Assembly: GCA_001724265.1 (NCBI GenBank)
Contig: MEDY01000169.1
Coordinates: 1-64,000, forward strand
Length of the DNA stretch: 64,000 nt
Reading direction: 5' to 3'
DNA from: Rhizaria sp. SCN 62-66
Taxonomy: Eukaryota
The notes beneath the pieces are model-generated. The model had not been told where the DNA came from. It ran no database searches and saw only the letters and a list, made by a program, of their open reading frames with translations. Made by a program: the position numbers and the translations under genes. Positions 13,801 to 26,064 of the stretch are shown in pieces (the first letter of the stretch is position 1; each line of letters begins with the position of its first letter).

Positions 13801-15169
13801 GCGAGTTGTGCTGCGCGCCGTGCCGCGCGGGCGACGAGGACCGCGACGTAGAGGGCCGCATCGCGCCGCCACCGCTGCTGCCGGGACGGGGAACCGCGTT
13901 GGCGGCGACGGCGGCGGCAGTGGCGTCGTACTGCTGCTGGTAATGCTGCTGCTGCTGCTGATGTTGATGCTGCTGTTGCTGCTGCAGTGCGAACGCCTGC
14001 TGCTGCTGGTGGTAGGAGGAGAGTGCGCCGTTGAGCATCGCGTTGCCGGTGGCGGCGCTGCCACCGGGGCTGTTGCTCGTGCCCATGATGGCCCCCGCCC
14101 CCGTACTATGGGGCGAGGTGCCCGCGCTCACGATCCCGAACCCCGAGTGACCGTGGGCCGCAGAGGCCCCCGTGCCGAGGGAGCGTCCGCCCAGGGAGCC
14201 GACACTGCTGCCCGCTGCGGTGCCGGGGACGCTACTGCCGGCCACGGCGGCCGCGGCGGCGGCGGCGGCCGCGGCGGCCGAGGCGGGCGACGACGACATG
14301 AGCAACTGGGACCGGATCGACTGCAGATGCTGCTGCGCGGCGTGGGCGTGACTAGCGTGGCCGCCGCCGCCGACATTGGCGTTGGCGGTGGCCGTGGCGG
14401 CGGCGGCGGAGGAGTAGAGGAACGAATGCGCGGCCGACGGGCTGATGCCGCTCACCGGCGGTGGCGGCGCGTGAACGTGACCGTGGCTATGACCGTGGAC
14501 GCTAGTGCCGTAGGGGGGCGACACGCCCATCGGGACGCCGCCGCCGCCGCCACCGCCGTTGCGCTGGCCTTGCGAGTGACCGTGAGCAGGGTGACCGTGG
14601 CCGTGAGCGTGGTGGTAGACGGAGCCCGGAGGCAGGCCCGCGCCCGCGCCGCCGGCGCCGCCGGTGAGGCTGTGCATGGACCTAGGCAGCGGGTCCGCCG
14701 AGAGCTCGCTATGATGGCCGTGGTGACCGTGGGCGTGATGGCCGTGGTGACCGTGGGCGCCGGCACCGACAGCGCCGGCTCCGGCGGCGGCGGCGGCAGA
14801 GGGACCCGAGAGGGCGAAGGTCAGGTCGCCGTGGCCGAGCGGCAAAGGAGGATACTGGCCAAACCCTCCAGCACCGGCGCCGCCTGCGACGCCGACACCA
14901 GAGGCGGAGGTGGCGGCTGTGAGCTGCGCGCCGGAGCCGTTGGGGACGGCGGCGGCTGCGGCGGCGGCGGCGCGCATGGGGCCAAAGCCCTCGTCGGAGA
15001 TGGAGTGGGGGAAGGCGAGCATGTTGTCCATGCTGTTGCTTAGGGAGGCGTTGAGGCCGGAGAGCGGGTTGAGAGGGTTGACGCCGCCGCCACCGGAGGA
15101 CGCGTTGGGGGCGGGGCCGTTGAGCTCGGGCGAGGAGGGGAAGCCGCCCGTGGGGTAGAACGGGTTCAT
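10880..15169 (-). CDS. bZIP transcription factor, 5 exons; last exon contains two in-frame TAG codons (11170-11168, 11149-11147) and ends at TAA 10882-10880
   Basis: Exons 15169-13519, 13305-13136, 12948-12278, 12088-11726 and 11480-10880 are phase-compatible. Basic/zipper region RLARKAELARASRRRKKMYVKDLEEKVKRMSARLEDM; helical C-terminal region ending MTPLQMARYYVWVEKN. Under the standard code the gene would end at 11168. Confidence 0.8.
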
Positions 15170-16163
15170 CGGACCGGAGTGGCAGGACGACGCTCGCTGT
15201 CGCGTGCTGGAAAAGTCTTCCTGAGATACGAAAGAGGACTTGGAGTTAGCGCGAGAGTGGGTGAGGCGCAAAAATAGCTCGTATGAGCTATAGATGAGCT
15301 GTAGAGAGGACAAATTGTAAAATGAAATAAAAGAAATGAGAGTTATGGAGAGTGAGAAAGAGGTTAGAAAGGAATGGATACGTCGCAAGGGGGAACGGGG
15401 TGTCGTCGGCCAGTCTTCGCGTGGCATTCGACAAATCACTCTAGGCGAGCGTGTGCCGTGCAATAGAGACACAGAGAGTCCAGATTTGAACATGTGGGGG
15501 GTGTTGAATATGGCAAGGCAGTTGCATAGAAAAGAACTCTTATTGCGGACGGTGAATAGCTCTAAGCGAGACGGAAGAAGCGCTGGACTGGGCGAGAGAA
15601 TAAGGCCTTGATCAAAATACGAATCGGCACACAATTCGCCACAATCGCCGTTGAGCGCCTAAAAACCCGGATCAGGGTACAACGCCAAGTCGCTTGTCGT
15701 TCTATAAACTTAAGTCTCCTTCACGGGCGCTACCATAAACACTAATTCCACGAAAAAGTACGGCCACGAAAAACCTCTCGTGTTGGTCAATCGAGAAAAT
15801 GAATTGGTTTTTTCGGTTCTACGAAGGTGGGGGTAAGAATCTAAAAACTGCTTCAACAAAGCGGAACTTGTGGCGTCGCAAAGATGTGGCTTTATCTTGG
15901 CTATTTTATCGTCATAGTATCAGAAGTTCAACTTTCTAGAATATATACCCTGTTTTATATTTTTATATACAACTATATTTCTTAAATTGGTGTTCCTATG
16001 GCACAAGACCCTTCCAAAGTACTCACAGAGTTGTTACTCCTCCCAGTCTGCTCACTCCTACTCTTTTACTTCATCACTCACGTATGGTATTCTTCCTTCC
16101 CATTGATTCCCCGCAGCTAGGTTTATCTTAACATATCATCTGTCTGTAGCGTTCCAGAAGACC

Positions 16164-18504
16164 ATGTCAAGGTATGTTTCATTGATCTACACGCCAGTTT
16201 CCCTTCCACCCCCCCTTCCCTAACTCGCCTTCACACCCAATCTCACTCACACTCTTCACACACGTCGTGTTTTCTGTCGCAACCATCGTAGTTCCTGGGA
16301 GGCGGCGGCGTTTCACCCGTCGCGCCCCGTCCAGCAGACTTCCGCGGGCCGCTTCTGGGCCACCAGCGCGCCGTGTCCCCTGCGCAACCGCGCAGTCATC
16401 TCGACAAACTCTTCTCTCAGCGTGAGCTCTTCCAACCCCCACTCAGCCAACGGAACGAACTCCGCGACAAGCTCGAACGCGGACACTGTTGCGCACCGGT
16501 ACGACCCGTTTTCCGCGGCGGCGCGCGGCGTGGAACCGTCCCCGCTGCTGGCGCGGCCGCAGACGCCGCCCGATGGAGAGCGCCGGCTCATGGCGCTGCT
16601 GCCGCTCACTCGCAGGCGCTTCCTGCAGCTCTCAACAGCAGCCACCGCAGCCACAATTAGCACGGGGACTGGCGTCGGCTCTCGCGGCAGCGCCCGCGGG
16701 AGTAGATCTGTTTCTGGCACCGCAAATGCCGCCAAAAACAGCGCTTTGGAACGGACTATAATGCCGAGTACGAGCTCTAAGCCCCAACGGCAACAAGCTA
16801 GCAGCGGCAGTGGCGTTGGCGGGAGTTATAACGCCCGGAACACGTGGGGTGGCGCTAGCAACGCGGCCGCCACGAGTCCTGCCGCCACGGGTGGGTTCAC
16901 TCGGTTCGCTCACCCCAATAACAACAACAATTACAACAACAACGGGCAGCAAAACAACCGCAGCTCCGGAAACAATAGGAACAGTGCTCATAATGCTGCT
17001 GGCGGGCCCTTGCAGCAGGGCTATGCGCGCTCCGCCAGTCCAGACAGGGGCGCTCTCGTGCTTCCGTTGTCATCGCGACCAATGTCGCTCAGCCAACGGC
17101 CCGCGACCTCGGCAGCTAACGACTCAGCATCAGCGTACAGCAGCATCGACAACGCCAGAGTTTACGGGCACTCTGCTGCTGGTGCGAGGGGGAGTCAACC
17201 TGAAGTGAGCAGGCGTCCTGGCACCAGCGCTGCCAGCATGGGTACTGGGAGCGTGGGTACTGGGAACAGCAGCGTGCCTGCGGGGCTCAAAAACGACTTC
17301 TCGTTTGTGTTTTACCCGGATGTTGTCGTTAGCCGCCGTCAAGCCGCGCAGTCGCAGCTCCACAACAACGCCAGCGCCGGCGTTAACGGCAACACTCAGT
17401 CACAGGTGCAGTGCCAAGCGCAAGCGCAGAAGGCGCAGGCACAGGTGCAGCAATCACTGACTGGGTTTAGCTCGACTCAGGTGGGGGGTTTCGCTGCGTA
17501 TAACAGCGGCAACAACAACAATGATAATCATGTAAGTGCTCCGCAAAGTAGTGCACGTGCTGGCACAACACTGACATCACGTTCACAACTCTTTGCCAAC
17601 GCGGCCAATATCGACCGCAGCACAGATATGAGTCCCCATCATGCGACGACTGTCACCTTCGCTCACGCCGACATGACCGCTACCCCCACTGGCGCCGCGA
17701 TCGGTGCGAGCCTTAACCCCGGCGCCGGCGCCGGCGCTGCTCAGAGCGGCAATAGCGTAATTAACGGTGATATTGCCGCCTGTGGCGAAAGCAGGCGCTG
17801 GGAGCTGGCTCCAGGTGCCCCAGCTTCTCAGATTGCGAACTTAGGCCGCAGCTGGGAGGCGGTGGCGAAGGAGCGTGTCATGGTCCCGTCTAAGGGTGTG
17901 TGGCAACAGGCTAAGCAGGACTTGATCGCGCGCACGGCAGCGAAGCAAACCAATAACAACAACGGCTTCAATAACGCGGACGCTGACAGCCGAAATGCTT
18001 ACGAGATTGACCCGACTCATTGCAACAACAATGTTGAGGCTGATACCAGCAATGATGGCGACGCATCTAACATTGTAGCTGACGACGCTGTCGACACCGA
18101 GAACAATGGTGACAGTATTGGTGACTTTGGCAAGTATGCCAACAACGTCGAATTGCTGGAGCAACAGGGGGGGCAATTCGAGGAGGAGGGCGAAGACCAG
18201 ACCGTGAGCATCTTGGGTTCCAGTGGTTCTGGCGGTGGCTTTACTGACAACAACAACCCCAGCTTTATCTCTGCAAGCTCGTTCTACAACAACAGTGCTC
18301 CAGAAAGCAACCCGAACAGTGCCCGGAATGATACTTCTGCGCCAAATGCAAGTGCCAGCGCTAGCGCCGGTGTGAGCCGCGTGTTTTCCGATCCGCACAC
18401 CTCGTTGCCACCGCTAGTTATTGCATCGCCGTGCTTTGACACACATGGCACGGGGACTAACGCGGCCCATGTGTTACCGTTAGATGTAAATGCGTCTAGT
18501 ACAC

Positions 18505-18559
<55 letters not shown>

Positions 18560-21092
18560 TATCGATGTGAACCCGAACCCTAACGTGGAGAGCACCGGTG
18601 CGAACGATGGGAGTGGCAGTACGTTTGTGACTGCCCCCGTTGGCAAGCGTAGCAGAATCAGCAACATCGTCAGCTCGACCCCCCTCGCCGTCAATCTCAC
18701 TAGCACACCTCGCAACGACTGCAGCAGCGAGACCCCCGATGTAAATGTTGGCGCGAGCAATGTAAGTGCCCCCGCCGTGAGTATGGAGATGGTTTTCGCG
18801 CCTGCGTCGACTCCCATCGGCGCGAGCTACCACCACTTGAGGCACTACCACTCGGAGGCCACCAACAGCAACAGCAACAGCAACAGCAGTAGCAGCGGCA
18901 ACCTGAAAGTGCACGCGCAACAACAGCAGCAACAAGAGTCGTATTACCAGTTCAACGGCCCCACCAGTGCTAGCTCTGGCCCCGCTGCCGGCGCCGGTGC
19001 CGGTACAGGTGGCGCTCAGGCTCAGTTGCAGTCGCCGTCGCGGTCGCCGTCGCTGCTGCAAACGCGTTCGCAGTCCCAGTCGCAGGCTCCGTCACGCGAG
19101 CAGTCGCGCGTAGGTTCGCGTGTGGGGTCGCCGTCGCAGTCGCCCGCGCTGTCGCCCATGCAGCGGCGACTCCACTTCGCTGCGAACAATAACAATAACA
19201 ACAGCAACAGCAACAACAACAGCAGCTTCGCCAACAACAGCCATAGCAGCAGTCGTGGTTACTTGAGTCCTGTTAGCGCGAGCAACACGCCCGCGGTTGA
19301 CAATGCGAACCACTGTGCGAGCGCGAGCACCAGCGCCAGCGCTAGCAAGCGCAACAGCGTTGTTCTGCCCAGTGTGAATTTTGTTCGAGGTGAGAGCTTG
19401 CTCGCACTGCCACCGCAGGCGCAACCGCAGTTCACACAGACGCAGTCCCCGTCTCAAGTGCACGCACAGACGTACTTATATTCGCACTTACAGTTGCAGT
19501 CGCACTCGGCGAACCCGACTCCGTCGCCCTCGCCCGCGCCCGCGTCCTTTTTCACGAATCCCAACGCCAACTTCAGCAGTCTAAGTCCTCGCAACGCGAA
19601 CACCGCCAACGCAAGCGCTAACGCGGCCGTGAGTGCGGGTACAAGTGGGAATATGCCTGTGTTGAAGCACAGGAGCTCGCTCGCGGGAGGGTTGGTGCCA
19701 ACTCCCCGCGGCGCTGCCGCTGTCGCCGCCGCCGCCGTGTTGCTGACCGCCGCCGCCGCGGCCAACAACGCCGCGGCCGGCGCGAGCATTGTGAACAGCA
19801 ACATCAGCAGCAACCTCAGCAGCGGTGACAGCAGAAGCGACAGCGCGAGTGCGAGCGCGAATGTCGCGATGGGTGGCGGTGGTGGTATCTTGGCCCCGTC
19901 GGTGTCTGTGCTCTCGCAAAGACCGGCTGGGATCCTCGGGGGAAGTAATCCTTTTCCCCCGGGGACTAGCCACGCGCACCCGCTGAGCGGCGAGTCGCGG
20001 CCGGTCTCGCCGCATTTCGCGCTGGGACTGCGATCAGTCTCGCTGTCGCGGGGCCCGCTGGGGGGCCCGCTGCTGTCGCACTCGGGCTCGCAAGTCGTGC
20101 TGCATCCACAGCCGCACCCGCACCCGCAGGCGCAGCCACTGCAACAGCAGCCGCAGGGGCAGGCCCAGTCGCAGCTGCCGCAGGCGCAGTTGCAGGCGGC
20201 GCTGCAGCTGCAGGCGCATTCGCGGTCGCGCCGTGCCTCGCTTTTGCTCTCACCCTTTGCTGCGAGCCATAGCAATAACAATAACAGCAACAGCAACAGC
20301 ATGAACAAAGCTGAAAAGGTTGACAAAGACGGCTCGACTACTGCAAGCGCCCACATCATTCACGCAAGCATTGGCAACACCAGTGCTGCCAAGAGCAACT
20401 CAGACGACGCAAATACTGTCAACAGCGGCAGTCACGGCAAGAGTGATAGCAATAACAACAACAGCAGCGGCAGCAGTAGCAGCGGCGATCCGAATGATAA
20501 CAACGCTTTGCTGCTGCAACAGCGCCTCGCGGCGGCCGAAGCCCGCGCCGCCGCCGCTGAACACGCCCTTTTCAGCGCCGAAGCCGCCGCCGAGGCCGCC
20601 GAGGCCGCCGCCGTCGCCGCGGGCGCCGCCGCCGCCGCCGCCGAGGGCTCCGCGTCCGAGCTCACCGAGTCCGCGCTGGCGCTGCTGCGGTCCTACTCGG
20701 TCTCCGCGGCCGCCGACGGGGCGCGCGCGGCCGCGGCGGGAGCGAGGCGGGTCCGCGAAGCCGAGGCCGCAGCGGTCGCGGCGGCGGGGCGGGCGCAGGA
20801 CCTAGCGCTGCTCGTGGCCGCGGCGAGCGATAGTCTGGCCGTTAGCGAGGGCGAGCGCGAGCGGCTGCGCGGGGAGGCTGCGGCGGCGCGCGCGGCGGCG
20901 GCGGCGGCGGAGGGCGAGCGGGACGCGTGGGTGCACAAGTGGCAGGTGGGCGAGGATGGGGCGAAAGAAAGGGAACTTGCATTATCCGCGAAGCTTAAGG
21001 AGAGTGAGGAAGCGAGGAAGAAGCTTGAGTCCAGGCTCAGGGCCAAGAGAAACGTCACTGTCGAGGTGGACCAACTGCTGCAGTATACCTAA
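16164..21092 (+). CDS. Large low-complexity (N/S/Q/A) protein with C-terminal coiled coil; function unknown
   Basis: 1556-aa ORF 16422-21092 ends TAA and is open upstream to 16292. A putative micro-exon ATG TCA AG (16164-16171) joins in frame via a GTATGT...TAG intron (16172-16291). The C-terminus is Ala/Glu/Arg-rich and helical. The 5' end is uncertain. Confidence 0.65.
18507..18554 (+). repeat. (AGC)16 trinucleotide repeat (poly-Ser)
   Basis: Directly visible. Confidence 0.9.
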
Positions 21093-21856
21093 CTTTTTAA
21101 GAGCTTAATCGCTTGTCAGGAGTTGTGCGACTCATGTGGTGCACCAACACGTCAAGAAAGATTAGCAACGTTATTTAGATTAAGAATAGGATATCTGGTG
21201 AATACAAGGATGTTTTAATTTATTAGACGGAAACAAATTGTGACGTGCTGTGTTTAGTCTAAGATTAGATGTCGTTGTTGCAGTGTGGCTCGTCGAGTAA
21301 GTCAGTCAAGGCATGTTTATGTTGACTGTGCGAAGCGTGGATGTGAGAAAGATATTTTCACATGTGATTGCTCACGTGTTCATGAATTATTTTATTGTTG
21401 TTGTTGTTTTAACTGTACATGTATGTTCATTTCAGGCGATCGAAAAAATGAACGCCTAAATTCATACATATGTATACCGATTTGGAATGCCAAGTTAGAA
21501 AAAAAATGACCAAGTTGGAAATATAAGTGCTTTATTGGATAAAAAGATATTATTATAAATATCATAGTAGGTAACGTATGCTTTTTACAGATCAAAGCAA
21601 ATTAGAACTACAAATCATCGGTTAAAAATAAGTTAACACGCAATTTTAAGACCAAAACATGAGGAGAGAGCAAACTGTTATGAGCGACTTCTGAGCACAC
21701 AAAGCAACGTGAAATCAAAACAAAAGACGCAAAACCGCTATTATTCCAGGAGCACAGCTGTTCTCTTTCCATCTTTCACTGAAAATGACTGACGCTACAC
21801 TGCAGCTGTTTTGTCAATGTAAATGCAAGTAGTGTGCTGTTTGCTCGTTGTTGGTT

Positions 21857-22481
21857 TTACTCAGGCTGTTGCTGCTGAGGCCGTTTACGCAGCATCCGTA
21901 GCTTCGCAGCAATCACCGCACTTGCACTTGCACTCGCATCACCGCCACCACCGCCGCCGACAGCGCCGTTGTGACTGTTGTTCGCAGACGGCGGGCAATA
22001 GTTGCTGTTGCTGCTGCTGTTGTTGCTGCCGCTCTCGGAGGCGAGGATGCCGGCGGCGCTGCTGAGAAACGACGGCGGCGCCATGCCCGCGCTCTGGCCG
22101 GTCGTGTTGCGGCTAATGCTGTTCGAGCTGGCGTTGCTGTTGTGGGCGCCGTTGCGCGCCGACTGAGAGGGCGGAACAGAGCCGGATAAAGCCGGAGTAG
22201 GCGCCGTAATCACTGGCACTGGCGTGTGCGCGCCTGCTGCTCCTCTTGCCCCCGCCGCCGCTGCCGCTGCCGCCGCTGCTGCTGAAGCTGCGGTGGGCGT
22301 GGGGATGAAGTCAACCGCAGTGGAGGCGGCTGAGGGGTCGACGCTGGCCGGTGTGGCGGCACCGCTGGCAGCGTAGTTGCCGTAGTTGTAGTTGTAGCTG
22401 TTGCTGTTGCTGTGGCTCCGCGTGTGCACCGGCGTCGCGATGGGCGTGACCGGCGCGAACTGGCCGTACGACGCCTGCTGC

Positions 22482-22513
<32 letters not shown>

Positions 22514-25500
22514 GAGATGTGACGAGGCCCGCAGCAAAACAGCAGGAGCAGGAGCAGCGGCAGCGGCAGCATTGGCGTCGCCGCTGTTGCTGTTGGTGAA
22601 TGTTAACACATTATTAGCGCTCACGCTGCCGTGTCGCGGTGACGGCGTGTGCGGCCCTGCAGCAGCGCCACTGACCCGGTTGCTGTTAGAACTGTTCGCG
22701 CTACTGTAGTAACCGCCGTTTGTCCCGCTGTAGCCGCCGACAAGCGCTGCGCCAGAGTCCGACCCGTCCTCGTCCTCGTCCTCGTCGCGGTCGTTCTCGA
22801 AAGCCAGGACAGCGCTCGGGCCGTTGCTGTTGGCGTTGCTGCTGTTGCTGTTGTTGGCCGTGGTGGAGTCGGAGCTTTGGAACACGAACACATGCGCTTT
22901 GTCGCTGTTGCGGCTACTTTGCGGCTGTTGCTGCTGCTGCTGATGCTGGAGCTGCATCTGTTGTTGCTGCAGTGCCAGTGTTGCCGAAGCGGACAGCGCG
23001 AAAGAACCCGTCGCGGCCGGGTTGGCACCGCTGTTGCTGTAAGTAAAGGCAGGGCTTGATTTAGGGGTGGCGGCGCTTTGACTACGGTCACTCCTTGTTC
23101 TAAAAACAACAACAAACATACACAAAAATCGAGTAGATATACACAAAGATGAGCAATAATAGAACTGGATTCGAAATGTAAAATTATGATAGCCATAATC
23201 AATATATTCAATTCATAATGCACGAATTACAGTGTCGATGCTGCTTTAAAACGGTATTGACATACCCAGTGCCACTGTAGCCGGAGCCGTGACTGCCCGT
23301 GACAGCCTGGTGTAGCTGCAGCCGCCGCGCGCCGCTCTGTCCGGGCGACGGCGACGGGTCCACAGCAGCCCCCGCCTCCTTACTATGGGGGCTGTGCGGA
23401 AACCCACTGCTATTGCCGCCGACAGTGGTGAGGGAAGGTAGCAAACCACCGGGCGGCGGCAACGGACTGCCATTGTTGCTGTTGTTGCCGCTGTTGTTGT
23501 TGTGCGCGTTGACGCTGTTGGAGCTGGCCGGCGGCGGCAGAGGCAGGAAGGAGCCGAAGCTGTTTGTGCGGCTGTGAGAACCGAGGATCGCGCCGGCAGT
23601 GACCATACTCTGCGACCTATTATACCCAACATTGCTATGACTGGCACCGTTCGCATTGCTCATGTTGTAGTTGGCCACAAACGACGGGCTCTCGATGCTG
23701 AGCTGCGGCTGCTGCATGTACTGCGACGGGGCATTCTGCTGCTGCTGCGGCCCCTGCTGTTGCTGCGGCGGCGGCTGTTGCAGCGGCGACAGGTGCTGCG
23801 GGTGCTCGAGCGGACTACTGTTCGTGCTCAGGCTCGTGCTCATGGCGTTGCTGCTGCTCATATTCGCGCTCGACGCGGACAGAACCGCGTTGCCAGCGCT
23901 GCGGGGGGCGCGTTTGCGCAACAGCCGCAGCTGCATGGCCAGCTCTCTGGGAGTGCCGGGGCCGAGCGCGTTCCCACTTACACTCGCGGCAGAGGCGGTG
24001 CTTACATCGGCCGCGTCGCCGCTCGCGCCAAACGCCGCCTGCTGCTGCAGCTGGGTGTGTTGCTGTTGGTGGTGCGAGTTTGACTGATGAGTCGCCGGGT
24101 TTGACACGACTCGGGCCCTCGTCGGTGTGATCGGCGGCAGCGGCGGCGCCGACAGCGGCACCGCGTTAGAGCCACCATGCGCGCTTGAGACGGCAGCAGA
24201 AGAGCCGTACCGCTGTGGCGTCGGCTGCTGCACTGCGCTCACGTGACCATGAGTGTTAATATTGCTGTTATTGTTGTTGTTCGTGGTGGAGCTGGTCGTG
24301 CTCGATTCAAGCCCCGGTGAGCCCGAGGCCGAGATGGGCGTGCCGGCATAGTACGGCGACGACTCCGAGAACGGGGAGCCTGTGGCCGCGCGCGCGACGG
24401 GCGGCGGGATCAGGCTACGGCGGTAGATCTCGAGGTAGCTTAAGCCGCCGCCACCGTTGGCGTCGGCATCGTCGTCGGCGTCGTCGTCGCCGCTGTCATC
24501 GTCGCTGTGGCTTTGGTTAAGGTTGTTGGCGTGCGAGTAAGCGTAGCTATTGCGCCCCTTAGACGAGGCCTTCTGATGGCTGGGACCCTTAGCCCGTACC
24601 TTACCCCCCTTAGTTTTCGCGTTGCTCCCAGCAGACGAAGCAAGGTTCACGTCATCACAAACGTTGGGAGGGTTGGCGTCGTTGTTATAATAGCTCGTAT
24701 CGTCGTCGTCATCGTCGTCCTGATAGCCAATCGGGTTGACCGCCCCCCTCGTCGTGGTCGCAGTGGAGAGGCTGTGCGCTCTGTTAAGCAGGCTTTGGCT
24801 GTGGCCATGACTCGAGCTTGCGGCCGCGTTGTTGTCGTTTCGGGGGGGACTGGCGAATGCGCCGTCAAGCGAGTCCGTCTCGATGTCCCTCTCGCCGTCG
24901 CACTGATCGCCCCCTGCGCCGTCGCCCGCGCCGCCGCCAGCGCCGCGGACGCCTCTCATGCGGCCAGCCAGCACCGGGCTCGTCTCGCAGCTGCTGGGGG
25001 CGTCGGCGCCGGCGTTGCCGTGCGCAGAGTGGCCCTGCTTGGGCGTCGGCGTCGGCGTCGCGGAGGCCTGCTCGTCGGAGAAGCTGACCCGCGACCGGGA
25101 CCGGCCCTGGCGCGCATCCGCCCCACCCGTATTCCCAGTCGCAGCGGCCGAGGCAGCGGCAGAGGCGTTGCTTGGGCTGGCGCCGTAGGCGGTGTTGCTG
25201 CCCCCGCTGCCCGCGCTGTTGTTGCCGAGGAGGTGCGCGTTGTAGTTTGGCACGAAGTTGGGCGGGGGCTGCGTGATGACCGTGGGCCGCCGGTGCAGCC
25301 CTGGCGCACCGGCAGTGGCGACTCCACGCCGCTGCAGCGACTGCAGTTGCGCCTGCGCCTGCTTCGGCAACACCCCCCCGCCTTGCTGTTGTTGCTGCTG
25401 CTGAGACTGCGACTGGGTCGTGTCGTCGTCGCCGTTGCTGTTAAGCGTCGCCGTGACGTCGCACATGGGGTTCGCGAAGAGCTTGCGGCCCGTTGCGATC

Positions 25501-26032
25501 GAGGATGCCAGATCGGGGTCGGCGTCAATCTCACCACGAATCGAGCTATTAGGCTCAGCTCCCGTGACGCCGCCGCCGCTGCTCGTGCTAGAGCCGAAGG
25601 CGCGGGTCGTCTCCTCCTCCTCGTCGTCGTCGTCGTAAAACGTCCGGCGGCGGCCCCCGGGCGCGGTCGTGGCGTTGCTGCCCACAAAGCTGCTCTTGGG
25701 CGGCCTCGCGGCGGCGGCGGCGGCGGCGGGGGCGGCGGCGCTGACTCTGGGGATGGCACCGGCCTTACCTACAGTGACCTCATCGTTGATCACGGTGGCC
25801 ATGTTGAGCACGTTGGCGGTGGTGGAGCTGCTTCTGTTCAGCCGGCGCGCGCTGCGGGGGTTTTCGGGACTGCCCCTGGCCAAGCTCCCGCGAATGGGCC
25901 CTGGGCTCGCAGCGACGCCGTTAATGTTGTTATGATTACTTGCGCCGGCTCTCGCGGCGTTGGCGGCCGCGGCCGCGGCGAGCAAGGGTGCGGCGACACC
26001 GCCGCCCTCACCCTCAGCCTCTGCATTGCCAC

Positions 26033-26064
<32 letters not shown>

